64,000 nt of DNA from Desulfomonilia bacterium (GTDB taxonomy: Bacteria > Desulfobacterota > Desulfomonilia > UBA1062). The stretch spans positions 64,001 to 128,000 of the forward strand of contig JBEKDT010000003.1 of NCBI GenBank assembly GCA_050014195.1. The letters are read 5' to 3'. Under the pieces are notes generated by a model. It did no database searches. It was not told the origin of the DNA and saw only the letters and a list, made by a program, of their open reading frames with translations. The translations under genes and the position numbers were made by a program. Shown here piece by piece: positions 28,727 to 38,868 of the stretch (its first letter is position 1; each line of letters begins with the position of its first letter).

Positions 28727-30025
28727 TTATAACCTGAACGCATTTGTGATATTCGCCTTGGTGCCGTGCAGGTGTGCTTCGAGCAGTAATGCCAGGGATC
28801 TGAGCGGATTTATGGGTACGAGCCGTATGGGCGGGATCTTCATGTGTTTCCCGAGCCCGTCGATGGTCTTTGCCAGGTTGTTGCACCCGGGCGAGACCGT
28901 GACCTTGCGCTTGCCGAGCCTGGCTTTGAGCTCCTGGTACCACTCGGCCATGGCGCAGTCGCCTGCGATATGGACCGGGCCTGTAATGCCCGCCACCTCG
29001 GCAGGGTCGATCCCCTTGCCCATAAGGATGGTGAAGCCGCCCTTTCCGCGGAAGTCCTGGCCGAAGACCTCCAGCACAGCCTCGGTATTCCGCTTGCACC
29101 CTTCCCGGCAGCACAGGGTCTTTCCCCTGATAATCCGCACGCCCTCGGGAAACTTTTCCAGGAGGTCCCAGGAGAACTGCTGCTTACGGCCATCGAAGAG
29201 ATCCCTGTTCTCGATGGTGATCCTCTCGAACTGCGACTCCCCGAACCCGTACTCGGCCGCAAGTTTCAAGTGCTGCACCTCTTCCAGGCCGAAGCCCAGG
29301 AACTTCGCCCCTACCACGTTCACGGCCATGGGGTCGCCCCCGCCTATGAGGACGTGCATCGGCACCACGCTGGCCGATTCCTGACTGAGGGCCGGATAGT
29401 GGCCGAAGTTGGTGGCCTCGATCCCGTCTATGAGGGTGAAGTCCGGCCTGATATTGGCATAGATGTCTGCGAGCTTCTGGTGCAGCTTGAAGTTGTGGTC
29501 CGCGATGCGGCTCTTCTGGTGGACAAGCCCGAACTGGTTCTTGATACCCAGGGTAACCGTGGTCATGGAATGGCTCTTGAGCTTGGGCATGGAAATATAG
29601 AGATTATCGCCCCTCTTCCGGATAAGGTTCTCGTGTATGAAGTCAGGGATGTTGATGAAGGATTCCAGCTTCTGAAGATACAGGGGCATCTCGGCGGTCT
29701 CATCGAGGTATATGGGTATGGCGCCTGTCTCCTCGCACATCCGTTTCATGCCCGTGATCTCGTAGACAAGCCTGGTGAAGTTCCCCTGGGTGCTGTTTTC
29801 CATCACGTAGATGTTCCGGGCTCCATGGGCCTTAAAGTACCTGACTGAGGCCGCCACCACCTCGGGAGACGTATAGACGTGTGGCTTGTAGTCGATACCG
29901 TTGACCTTAATATAGACATCTTTGGAGCGTTTCAGCAGGCTCGTCGCTCCCCCGAAGGCATCGAATAACCCTGAGACTGCCGCATCCAACCCTTGGGCTG
30001 TGTCCTCAAACCTCACACGTGCCAT
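28727..30025 (-). CDS. DUF362 domain protein with Cys-rich C-terminal (Fe-S?) domain
   Basis: VYIKVN, TSPEVV, ISMPKLKSH..TLGIKNQFG, LIDGI, DPMAVN; C-terminal CCREGC, GDC, PGC. Confidence 0.85.
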   Translation of the reverse strand: MARVRFEDTAQGLDAAVSGLFDAFGGATSLLKRSKDVYIKVNGIDYKPHVYTSPEVVAASVRYFKAHGARNIYVMENSTQGNFTRLVYEITGMKRMCEETGAIPIYLDETAEMPLYLQKLESFINIPDFIHENLIRKRGDNLYISMPKLKSHSMTTVTLGIKNQFGLVHQKSRIADHNFKLHQKLADIYANIRPDFTLIDGIEATNFGHYPALSQESASVVPMHVLIGGGDPMAVNVVGAKFLGFGLEEVQHLKLAAEYGFGESQFERITIENRDLFDGRKQQFSWDLLEKFPEGVRIIRGKTLCCREGCKRNTEAVLEVFGQDFRGKGGFTILMGKGIDPAEVAGITGPVHIAGDCAMAEWYQELKARLGKRKVTVSPGCNNLAKTIDGLGKHMKIPPIRLVPINPLRSLALLLEAHLHGTKANITNAFRL

Positions 30026-30120
30026 GGCTTTCCTCCTCGCTCATCATCTAACTGGTTGTGCCCTAATTCCTCGGGTGAGTCAACATTGCGAAGAGGGGTA
30101 ATATTTGTACCTTGTATTTC

Positions 30121-31290
30121 TCAAATCATCTCAAACATCGCCTCCACCCGTGTGCGGATTTGCCGTACATCGCCGTCGGAGTAGTCGGTTTCGATCTTCA
30201 GGAATGGGAGGTTATGCATAGTTTTTACGTGCTCGCCGACCTTGTAAGATTCGACATTGTAGCTGTGGCAGGCATGCAGGATTACGTCGATGACCGCATC
30301 GGGCTTGAAGCGATCGATGAGCCTGTCGAGCTGATCGAGACGCCTGGTGTTCGGCGACATGCAGGAACAGGGGAGCTTCAGGTATCTCTCGGCCAGTGCT
30401 GCGATGGGGTCTAACGCGTCTTCCTCAATGGTATCCAGGAATGCCTTCATGCCGGTACAATTATCAATTGCCACGATTACGCCCCCGGCCTCCTCAATGA
30501 CCTTGAATGCCTTGGTGGCATCTCCACCCACAGGACATCCGGTGATGAGGACACGCGGAGCACCATCTTTCCCTATGCCCTTTCCATTCTTCTTGCGATG
30601 CTCCAGGGTCTCGATACAACGTGTAAGGAGAGGCTTGATGTCGGTGAAGCTTGCCGGCTGTGCAAGGAACGTCAGGTCATACATATCCTGCCAGGAGAGG
30701 AGCGATGGTGTGCAGGCTGCATAGTCAAAAATCCTATCCATCATGGAGTTCTTGCGGTTCGTGTCCTTGATGGCGGCCTCGATGGCCCTGTCATGTATCT
30801 TCTTATTGAAGGTATTCTCCAGGAAGCCTTTGAGCTTGCCGATCACGCCCGCCCAGTTCTGCCGTGCCTCAGCCTCATCCGGCATCTGCGGGAGATCCAT
30901 GACAAACATGGGTTTCTTATCAGCAATGAGCTCGAACATCTTTTTCTTCCCGTCGCAGGTCGTCTCGGCCACCACGGCATCCGACAATCCGAAGAACGGG
31001 CAGGTATCGGTTATGATATACCCGTAACTCGACTTGATGAGCGGGCATAGATTACCGGGCAGAACCGCCTCGGCAGCCTCGATGGTGCCGTTTGAGAAGG
31101 CGCAGAGAACCGCGGGCACGGCATCCATGGCGCGGATAAGCTCAAAGGGTGCATAACCGCAGTAGGCCCCCACTACATTCTTGCCCTGCTCCCTCTTGGA
31201 TTGAACATACGCAAGCGCCCGCTTGCTCGGTGCACCCACGTACTGATCATTCATGAGCGGTTCTAATTGCTCCATACCCTTTTCCGACAT
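30121..31290 (-). CDS. 2-hydroxyacyl-CoA dehydratase family, double-cubane cluster (DCCP)-type reductase
   Basis: YCGYAPFELI, NLCPLIKSSYG, CPFF, ETTCDGKKKMFE, NCTG, PCSCMSPN, ACHSYNVE, IETDYS, TRVEA. Confidence 0.88.
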   Translation of the reverse strand: MSEKGMEQLEPLMNDQYVGAPSKRALAYVQSKREQGKNVVGAYCGYAPFELIRAMDAVPAVLCAFSNGTIEAAEAVLPGNLCPLIKSSYGYIITDTCPFFGLSDAVVAETTCDGKKKMFELIADKKPMFVMDLPQMPDEAEARQNWAGVIGKLKGFLENTFNKKIHDRAIEAAIKDTNRKNSMMDRIFDYAACTPSLLSWQDMYDLTFLAQPASFTDIKPLLTRCIETLEHRKKNGKGIGKDGAPRVLITGCPVGGDATKAFKVIEEAGGVIVAIDNCTGMKAFLDTIEEDALDPIAALAERYLKLPCSCMSPNTRRLDQLDRLIDRFKPDAVIDVILHACHSYNVESYKVGEHVKTMHNLPFLKIETDYSDGDVRQIRTRVEAMFEMI

Positions 31291-31429
31291 TGTGCCACCC
31301 CCCTATCGAAGTCTTAGCGCATCATATGCAACACAAGGTGAGAGATCAAATAGGGAAAAGTTATCAAACGTGCAGAGCCATTCCTTAAACGTATGGCTTC
31401 TGTGCGGCAATTAAGGTGTGCCAGGCCGC

Positions 31430-32668
31430 TTAAAACTCCGTCAGCCCGGGGCCCCTCACCCCTTTGAGGTATTCCTGCACAATCCCTATAGCCCGTTCGA
31501 AATCAGAGCGGGAGGGCGTGAGCAGGGAGAGCCTGATGTAGTGAGACCACCGCGCTCCATAGATGTCTCCGGGGGTGATCCTTACGCCGAGATCGAGGAG
31601 TTTTTCCTGGCTGATGCGGCTTGGCACCTTTGTTTTCATCCACAGGCAAGGCCCGCCGGTGGTCCATGCCATCGTGCGTGAAAGATACGCCTGGCGGGTT
31701 TGCAGCTCTGTCTTGAGCCGCTTGACATGTTCTGTTAAGTCCGAAGAGGCGAGCATGGCGGAAAGGCAGCGCTGAAGAATGCCTGAAAGTGAGAGGTCGT
31801 TGATCTCCTTGAGATGGATGATGCTGCCGTACATGGCCTCCGGGACAACCGCAAACCCGATGCGCAGACCGGGGCCCAGGATATTCGAAAGACTCTTGAT
31901 GTATATGACACGATCGTGTGTGTCCCGGGCCTTCAACGGGGTGATGCCGACAACCTCGGAGAGCGGGTCATCCTCGATGATGAAGAAGTCTTTTGTGCGG
32001 GCTATTTCTAAAAGCCCGTCTCTCAAGTCCGCAGGGATGGACCTGCCTGTGGGGATGTGCCCTTGGGGCATGGTGTAGAGCATGCGGATGCCTGACTTGT
32101 GCAGTTGGTTGAGATCTTCTCTGCTCGAAATATAGGGCATGGGTTTGACAACGGCACCAAGCGATTCAAAGATCCTTACCGCACCCATATAGCCGGGGGC
32201 CTCCACCGCAACCACATCACCTTTTTTCAACAGGGCAAGCCCGACCAGGAAGAGGGCTTGCTGTGATCCTGCCGTGATAATCGGGGTATGATCGATGCCC
32301 AGCAGGCCCAGCCAATTCCTGGCCTGAATCCTTAAGGGCTCATAGCCCTGCGGGGGGTCGTAGGTATAGAGTCCTTCAAGGGTAATGTTCAGATGAGGGC
32401 CCACCCACAACAGAAGCTCTTCAGGCGGGCGGATGGCCGACATGTCGACTATGCCCCCGGCCGATCCATAGGCCACGAAGGTGCCTGACCCCTGACGGCT
32501 GACTACCAGGCCTTTTGTGGTGAGATACTGATACACGTTTCTGGCCGTCACCAGGCTTATATTTTCTTGCCCTGCCAATTCCCTTACCCCCGGCAGGCGA
32601 TCTCCCGGCCTCTTTCTCTTCAGGATATCTCCGGCAAGTCTCTCGGCCACCTCTTTGTACCTCACCAT
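31430..32668 (-). CDS. MocR/GabR-family regulator (GntR HTH + PLP domain), probable PdxR
   Basis: RLPGVRELA..GSGTFV; GSQQAL, IIEDD, KSLSNILGPGLRIG; divergent from pdxST. Confidence 0.85.
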   Translation of the reverse strand: MVRYKEVAERLAGDILKRKRPGDRLPGVRELAGQENISLVTARNVYQYLTTKGLVVSRQGSGTFVAYGSAGGIVDMSAIRPPEELLLWVGPHLNITLEGLYTYDPPQGYEPLRIQARNWLGLLGIDHTPIITAGSQQALFLVGLALLKKGDVVAVEAPGYMGAVRIFESLGAVVKPMPYISSREDLNQLHKSGIRMLYTMPQGHIPTGRSIPADLRDGLLEIARTKDFFIIEDDPLSEVVGITPLKARDTHDRVIYIKSLSNILGPGLRIGFAVVPEAMYGSIIHLKEINDLSLSGILQRCLSAMLASSDLTEHVKRLKTELQTRQAYLSRTMAWTTGGPCLWMKTKVPSRISQEKLLDLGVRITPGDIYGARWSHYIRLSLLTPSRSDFERAIGIVQEYLKGVRGPGLTEF

Positions 32669-32722
32669 AATCCTCCTTGACTTTGCTGCCAATTAATATA
32701 ACACTAATGGTTTATAGAGTAA

Positions 32723-32738
32723 ATTGTTATATAACAAT
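32723..32738. promoter_or_regulatory. perfect 16-bp palindrome before the pdxS RBS
   Basis: ATTGTTATATAACAAT immediately upstream of AAGGAG. Confidence 0.5.
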
Positions 32739-32753
32739 AAGGAGAAAGAGAAC

Positions 32754-33641
32754 ATGGCCGGAATATCAGAACGGAATCTTGTGAACATAGGGCTTGCCCA
32801 GATGCTCAAGGGCGGCGTGATCATGGACGTAACCACGGCGGATCAGGCCAGGATTGCAGAGGATGCCGGTGCCGTTGCCGTCATGGCCCTGGAAAGGGTG
32901 CCTGCAGATATCCGCTCGCAAGGCGGGGTTGCACGCATGAGCGACCCGCTGATCATTAAAGGCATCAAAGAGGCCGTGAGCATCCCGGTCATGGCGAAGG
33001 TGAGGATCGGTCACATCGTCGAGGCCCAGGTGCTGGAGGCACTCGAGATTGACTACATAGACGAGAGCGAGGTATTAACCCCTGCCGATGAGGAGCACCA
33101 CATCAATAAACGGGCCTTCAGGATCCCGTTCGTGTGCGGCTGCAGGGACCTCGGCGAGGCGGCACGCAGGATCGGTGAGGGTGCGAGCATGATCAGGACC
33201 AAGGGAGAGGCAGGGACTGGAAATGTCGTGGAAGCAGTCCGCCATATGCGGACCCTCATGAAGCAGATACGCGACCTGTGCTCCATGAGTGAGGACGAGG
33301 TCTTCAGCTTTGCAAAAGGCCTTGGGGCTCCCCTTGAGGTCATCATAGAGATCAGGGCGCTCAAGACATTGCCGGTGGTGAACTTTGCGGCCGGCGGCAT
33401 CGCCACCCCGGCAGATGCGGCACTCATGATGCAGCTTGGGGCCGATGGCGTGTTTGTGGGCTCGGGCATCTTCAAATCTTCCGATCCTTCGAAAAGGGCC
33501 GTGGCAATCGTCGAAGCTGTAGCCCACTATGAAGATCCCGCATGGATCGCACGGGTTTCCGAAGGCCTCGGAGATGCAATGCCCGGACTTGATGTCAGGA
33601 CCATGCCGGATGAAGAGCGGCTTGCCAAGCGAGGCTGGTAA
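32754..33641 (+). CDS. pdxS: pyridoxal 5'-phosphate synthase lyase subunit
   Basis: [51 protein letters not shown]. Confidence 0.97.
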   Translation: MAGISERNLVNIGLAQMLKGGVIMDVTTADQARIAEDAGAVAVMALERVPADIRSQGGVARMSDPLIIKGIKEAVSIPVMAKVRIGHIVEAQVLEALEIDYIDESEVLTPADEEHHINKRAFRIPFVCGCRDLGEAARRIGEGASMIRTKGEAGTGNVVEAVRHMRTLMKQIRDLCSMSEDEVFSFAKGLGAPLEVIIEIRALKTLPVVNFAAGGIATPADAALMMQLGADGVFVGSGIFKSSDPSKRAVAIVEAVAHYEDPAWIARVSEGLGDAMPGLDVRTMPDEERLAKRGW

Positions 33642-34231
33642 TGATGATCGGAATCCTGGCGCTTCAGGGTAATGTCCGCGAACACAGATTAAACCTCGAA
33701 CGGCATGGTGTGCACAGCCGGTTCATCAGGAGGCCTGTTGCGCTTGACGGCATTGACGGCCTCATCCTTCCGGGTGGAGAAAGTACGGCCATGAGGAGGC
33801 TCATCGCATCTTCAGGACTCAAAGAGCCGGTTCAAGAGCTGATCCGTCAAGGCCTGCCGGTCTGGGGTACCTGCGCAGGTGTCGTCCTTCTTGCCAAGGG
33901 AGGTATATGGCAGAGCGTTGATATACAAGTGGAGCGGAATGCCTATGGCTCCCAGGTTTATAGCCGCGTGGTAAAGGGCTCCTCGATCATAACGGATCGA
34001 GAGTTCTCCATGGTATTCATCCGGGCGCCTAAGATATGCTCTGTTCCCGAAAATGTTAAGATCCTCGCAGAGCTCGATGGAGACATCGTTGCCGTACGGC
34101 AGCGCAATATCCTGCTCACTACGTTCCACCCCGAGCTTACGGAAGATAGCCCGATGACCGAATATTTCCTCAAGATGGCGAGTAATGAAAACACTCGAAA
34201 CTCTTCTTTTAAAGCAGGGACAGGGTCTTAG
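33641..34231 (+). CDS. pdxT: pyridoxal 5'-phosphate synthase glutaminase subunit
   Basis: GILALQG, LPGGEST, GTCAG, RNAYG, FIRAP, FHPEL. Confidence 0.95.
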   Translation: MMIGILALQGNVREHRLNLERHGVHSRFIRRPVALDGIDGLILPGGESTAMRRLIASSGLKEPVQELIRQGLPVWGTCAGVVLLAKGGIWQSVDIQVERNAYGSQVYSRVVKGSSIITDREFSMVFIRAPKICSVPENVKILAELDGDIVAVRQRNILLTTFHPELTEDSPMTEYFLKMASNENTRNSSFKAGTGS

Positions 34232-34250
34232 GTAAGTATTTTAGTTTAAA

Positions 34251-35201
34251 TTATTCCTTGCTCTCGGTGAAAAACCGCCAGGCCTCTTCTGCCGTATCCA
34301 TCCCCCGGCTCACCCTGCCCACGATAAATAGGGGTAAATACTGCTTTCCGCCTGGTATCGTATGGCCCCCGCCATGGACCATGTACAGCCGCACCTTGGT
34401 GCCGGGCCAGGTAAGTCGGTCGATATGTGTATCGTCAGTGAGGTCGCGATCATCCATCGGCTCTATTTTGGGTTGTTTCTGGCGGTCTTCGTCTTTAAGC
34501 CAGGCACGCGCGGATTCCAGGGATGACATTACTTCCCCTTTGGAAAACACATAGAAGAGCCTTACCGTGCCTCCTTCAAAGGGGTTAATGGGGTCATCGG
34601 TCCCGTTTACGATCATCACAGGCATACCGGTATGAGGTGTTTTACACTTTGACATACCGGCTGCAGGCATGCTGGCCCCGATTGCAACAATGCCTGCAAC
34701 TTTATCCGGTGCCTCAACGGCGAGCCGGTAGCACATATGCCCGCCGTTGGAAAGGCCGATTGCATAAACCCTCTTGGGGTTTACATGCCACTTTGTGCAG
34801 CAGGTCTCGGTCAGTTTGGTGATAAACCCCACATCATCGATGTTCTGCGTGTGGGCATCATCTTTGGGTACGGTGCGGCAATCGTTCCAGTACTTTTTGT
34901 AACCATCCGGATAGGCCACGATGCACTTTTCCTTTTCGGCAAGACGATCGAACTGACCCCCGCATACATCCTCGCGCATCTTCTTGCCTGTGCCCATGGA
35001 GCCGTGCAGAACGATGATAAGGGCCGGAGAAGAGAGCTCGCCCGTTGGTATGTATGCAAGGAATGTCCGCTCAATACCTCCGTGTGAGATAGTCTCCTGT
35101 GTGATCTTACCCGGCATATCGGGCTCTGCTGCATAGAGAAGCGGGGTGAAAATGATGGCTGAGAAGAAGACAATAAAGGTAAAAAAAGGACGGATGTTCA
35201 T
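34251..35201 (-). CDS. secreted PHB depolymerase/LpqC-family esterase
   Basis: LHGSMG, AYPDG, DDVGF, GLSNGG, GTDDP, GGGHTIPG. Confidence 0.88.
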   Translation of the reverse strand: MNIRPFFTFIVFFSAIIFTPLLYAAEPDMPGKITQETISHGGIERTFLAYIPTGELSSPALIIVLHGSMGTGKKMREDVCGGQFDRLAEKEKCIVAYPDGYKKYWNDCRTVPKDDAHTQNIDDVGFITKLTETCCTKWHVNPKRVYAIGLSNGGHMCYRLAVEAPDKVAGIVAIGASMPAAGMSKCKTPHTGMPVMIVNGTDDPINPFEGGTVRLFYVFSKGEVMSSLESARAWLKDEDRQKQPKIEPMDDRDLTDDTHIDRLTWPGTKVRLYMVHGGGHTIPGGKQYLPLFIVGRVSRGMDTAEEAWRFFTESKE

Positions 35202-35346
35202 GTGGTCTCCCTAAAATTTGGTTCATTATAATATAAAAAGGTATTTGTTGCGAGATGTTCATCCATTTGAATTTTCCATGTCCTATCTTACATTACCACA
35301 ATCATGCCTGTTGACATAGAAGCCCGGCTATTTCAATACATAGTAT

Positions 35347-35637
35347 ATGAATTCTTTAGTTGTGGGATGCACCTTTTGCGGGAAACGGCATGTCATAAAT
35401 ATTGAAGACCTGGATATCTGGTTTGCTCAATGCGACTGCGGGGCCAACGGGTTCGTTCAGGATGAGGCAGAGCTTGTAGAGAGTGGACACAAGGGTATCG
35501 GCTTCACCGTGCATGAGGTTCCCAACGTGCTCGGAACATTCGTACACCTCGCAGACCCTGTTCCGATCTTTGTGAACGAAAGGGCCTGCTGGGTGTATGT
35601 TTGCTGGTATAAAAAAGATGAGAGACATTATGTGTAA
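35347..35637 (+). CDS. small hypothetical protein with zinc-ribbon-like cysteines
   Basis: CTFCG...CDCG; 96 aa; fills the gap before the next gene. Confidence 0.5.
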   Translation: MNSLVVGCTFCGKRHVINIEDLDIWFAQCDCGANGFVQDEAELVESGHKGIGFTVHEVPNVLGTFVHLADPVPIFVNERACWVYVCWYKKDERHYV

Positions 35638-35659
35638 TTAGTTTTTATGGAGGGGTTTT

Positions 35660-36814
35660 ATGGCAAGAAGAATTCTTAAGACCAAACTGTGCGACATGCT
35701 CGGGATCGAGTATCCCATTGTGTGTGCGGGCATGGGTCCGGTGCTTATCGGAGAGCAGGCAGGCTCACCTGTGGAACTCGTGGTTGCGGTTTCTGAAGCC
35801 GGCGGACTCGGTGTGCTGGGCGGAAGCGGCTTCACCGTGGATGAAATGCGGCAGGCCATCCGCGATATCAGGGCACGTACAAACAGACCCTTTGGGGTTG
35901 ACCTTCTGCTGCCCAAAACCGTGGTTGAAGGTAAGAGCATTGATTATGGCGACATCAAGGAGATACCGCTGAATGCAGTACTGAAAACCCTGCCCAAACC
36001 TCATCAGGATTGGATCAACAAGGTAAGGCAGGAGCTCGGGCTGCCCGGTCAAGATATCATGGTGAGACTCAACACCACTACCATGAGACCCTTTGAAGCC
36101 GTGAAGGTGTGTATCGAGGAGAAGATACCTCTTTTCTGTGCGGGGCTGGGTAACCCGGGTTTCATGGTGGATGAGGCACATGCGAATGGCATCAAGGTGC
36201 TTGCAATCACGGGCAACGTGAAGAACGCTCACCGAATGGCGGACTCCGGAATTGACCTGCTCGTGGCTCAGGGTTTCGAAGGAGGCGGACATACCGGCAG
36301 AGTCGGAACCATGGCTCTGCTTCCGGGAGTGCTGGATGCTGTAGGTAATGTCCCGGTGCTCGCTGCCGGCGGCATTGGCGACGGTCGGGGGCTTGCTGCC
36401 GCCCTTGCCATGGGGTGTGTGGGTGTCTGGGTAGGGACCCGGTTCCTGGCAACGCATGAAGCAGGAGCCCTGGATGTGAACAAGCACCGCATCCTGTCCT
36501 CAACTGAGGAGGACACCAGGGTAAGCACTGCTATCACGGGCAAGACCTCTCGTACGAGCTACAGTAAATTCCATGATTTGTGGAATTCATCGGGTCTTGA
36601 ACCGCTTCCATTCCCCATGCAGGTGCTGGTTTCTTCCGCCCTGTTCGCGGACTTCATTAAGGTCCATATGGACGACTATATGGGGGGCTTTGCAGGCCAG
36701 GTGTCGGGCATCATCCATGATATCAAGCCTGCCCGGCAGGTTGTGGAGGAGATGGTCGAGCAAACAGTGGACATACTTACGGGGAAACTGCCCGCAAACG
36801 TCAGAATTAAGTAA
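35660..36814 (+). CDS. nitronate monooxygenase/FabK-family flavoprotein
   Basis: LGIEYPI, AVSEAGGLG, AQGFEGGGHTG, AAGGIGDGRG, VWVGTRF. Confidence 0.9.
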   Translation: MARRILKTKLCDMLGIEYPIVCAGMGPVLIGEQAGSPVELVVAVSEAGGLGVLGGSGFTVDEMRQAIRDIRARTNRPFGVDLLLPKTVVEGKSIDYGDIKEIPLNAVLKTLPKPHQDWINKVRQELGLPGQDIMVRLNTTTMRPFEAVKVCIEEKIPLFCAGLGNPGFMVDEAHANGIKVLAITGNVKNAHRMADSGIDLLVAQGFEGGGHTGRVGTMALLPGVLDAVGNVPVLAAGGIGDGRGLAAALAMGCVGVWVGTRFLATHEAGALDVNKHRILSSTEEDTRVSTAITGKTSRTSYSKFHDLWNSSGLEPLPFPMQVLVSSALFADFIKVHMDDYMGGFAGQVSGIIHDIKPARQVVEEMVEQTVDILTGKLPANVRIK

Positions 36815-36825
36815 TTACCTGAGGA

Positions 36826-38196
36826 TCATGACTTCACGCCGGGCTTCGGCTCCGATGATGGTTGCTGGTTTGCCCCGACCGGCTGCACTGTTGGTAATGG
36901 CGAGACATTCTTTGGAGGGGTTGGCTGTTTAGATTCCTTGGTCTTTGTTCCAACGCCTGCCTCATGAACTTCGGGTTTCGGCTTCGGAAGATTCTGCATG
37001 GCCACATAGGCGTCTGTGTAGTGGTTCCCCGGGCTCCACAGCAGCCATCCCTTCCCACCGGCATCATTGGCCGCCTTGATCTGGGTCTGGATGTATTTCG
37101 GGCCGAACCCTCTTGTCACCCTGAGAGGAAATGACTGGAGCCACGGTCTGATGACCACCTCTTCTCCTACAAGCTCCTTCATCCTTTTTATACCGCTGAA
37201 TACAAAACGGTAAGGGTCATCAGCAGGGTTCTTCACCCCTGCGAACCCGGCGCTGAAATGTGAGGGGTAGAGCATGGGCGAGATGATATCCACATAGGAC
37301 TTTATCTTGGTCACGTCCTGACCTACCACGAGCACATCTTCGTCCTTCTGCCAGATCACGATCCCGAACATGTCCATGGATAAAAGTATGCCTCTGGGCG
37401 CAGTAATTTCATGCACCCTCTTGAGCAATCCGGCGATGACATCGGTCCGCTGGATGCCTTGCTTGCCCGTTGAGGTCTTGCCGTCCGCAAAATACCGGAC
37501 ATAATCGAGCTGGATCTCATCCAGACCGTTATCTGCGAGTTCTCTCACCACGGTAAGGATATATTCCTGTACCTCCGGGTTTTCGGGATTCAGCCATTGC
37601 TTTTCTCTATTGATGCACCATTCCGGTTTGGCCCGCGACATGATCGGGTCCCTGAAGACCACTACCCGGGCCGCCACATGGATACCCATTCGATGCAGGT
37701 ATTCGATCATCTTCGGGAGCTCTTCTATATTCGGGGTATACTTCTCGTTAGGACAGTATTTCGCCCGTATGGCGCTGGGAAACGTTATGGCGCCCGAATC
37801 ATCTTTGGCGTCAAATACGAGGGTATTCCCATTAAATTTTCTGAGCCTGGTGGCAGAATCGAGGATAAACCGTGTACCTGCCGAGGACGGATTCATATAA
37901 AGACCCCTGGCCGTAAAATCCTTCGGCTTCGTTATGGTCTTAGCCTTGAGAGGCTCTTTATAGACAACCGGTATGCTCAAGGATTGCCCGAGTGAGAGGG
38001 CGCCGTTGATCTTATTGATATCCTTGATGTTGGTTATGAGCTCCCTCTTCGTATAGGCAGCGGTATACGGCATGTACCTGGCTGCAATCTTAGAGAGAGT
38101 ATCTCCGCTTTGGACCGTATAGGTGTGTTGGACAGGTCCGTTCGCACCCATGAGAAAGATTGAACATAAGACGATGGCAATGAGCTTAATCTTCAT
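36826..38196 (-). CDS. LysM + putative glycoside hydrolase (DUF4015-like) exported protein
   Basis: YTVQSGDTLSKIA LysM; ARVVVFRD, DEIQLDYVRY, ISPMLYPSHF, IRPWLQSF. Confidence 0.82.
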   Translation of the reverse strand: MKIKLIAIVLCSIFLMGANGPVQHTYTVQSGDTLSKIAARYMPYTAAYTKRELITNIKDINKINGALSLGQSLSIPVVYKEPLKAKTITKPKDFTARGLYMNPSSAGTRFILDSATRLRKFNGNTLVFDAKDDSGAITFPSAIRAKYCPNEKYTPNIEELPKMIEYLHRMGIHVAARVVVFRDPIMSRAKPEWCINREKQWLNPENPEVQEYILTVVRELADNGLDEIQLDYVRYFADGKTSTGKQGIQRTDVIAGLLKRVHEITAPRGILLSMDMFGIVIWQKDEDVLVVGQDVTKIKSYVDIISPMLYPSHFSAGFAGVKNPADDPYRFVFSGIKRMKELVGEEVVIRPWLQSFPLRVTRGFGPKYIQTQIKAANDAGGKGWLLWSPGNHYTDAYVAMQNLPKPKPEVHEAGVGTKTKESKQPTPPKNVSPLPTVQPVGANQQPSSEPKPGVKS

Positions 38197-38373
38197 GCTG
38201 CACATCTTAATATATTTCGGAGCTATTACTCAATTACATAACCGGTCATTTTCTTTTTTTTAAGCGTTCAAGGCTGTAGGGAAAATGGTATTTAAGGAAA
38301 AGGCTTGAGGGGTACTTTCCAAAGGGCAATAAGATCCAAGCCCTTAACTCCGAATTGAAGGACTTGGGCTTTC

Positions 38374-38847
38374 CTAAACCCTGACGATCTCGATGATCTC
38401 GTATTCACGCCTGCCGTTGGGGGTGTCGACGATTATCTCATCCGAGGTCCTCTTGCCGATAAGGGCCTTGGCCATGGGTGACTCCACCGAGATCTTGCCC
38501 TTGTTGATGTCGGACTCGTCCACGCCCACGATCTGGTAACTGATCTCCTCATCAGTATTGACATTACACAGGATGAACTTGGACCCGAAGACAATACGGT
38601 CTGCAGGAAGCTTGTTGGTGTCTATAATCTCCGCGTTGCCGAGCTTATTCTCCAGGTCCTGCATGCGTGCCTCGATGAATGCCTGCCGCTCCTTGGCATA
38701 GATGTATTCGGCATTCTCCGAGAGATCTCCGTGTCCCCTGGCCTCTTCGATGGCGGCAATAATCTTCGGCCGTTCGTGCTTCTTTAACCTCTCAAGCTCC
38801 TCCCTGAGTGCGGCATAACCTTCTTTCGTAATGGGACTTCGCTTCAT
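38374..38847 (-). CDS. greA: transcription elongation factor GreA
   Basis: ARGHGDLSENAEY, ISVESPMAKALIG. Confidence 0.97.
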   Translation of the reverse strand: MKRSPITKEGYAALREELERLKKHERPKIIAAIEEARGHGDLSENAEYIYAKERQAFIEARMQDLENKLGNAEIIDTNKLPADRIVFGSKFILCNVNTDEEISYQIVGVDESDINKGKISVESPMAKALIGKRTSDEIIVDTPNGRREYEIIEIVRV

Positions 38848-38868
38848 GGCAGTTCCTTCTCTAAAATG

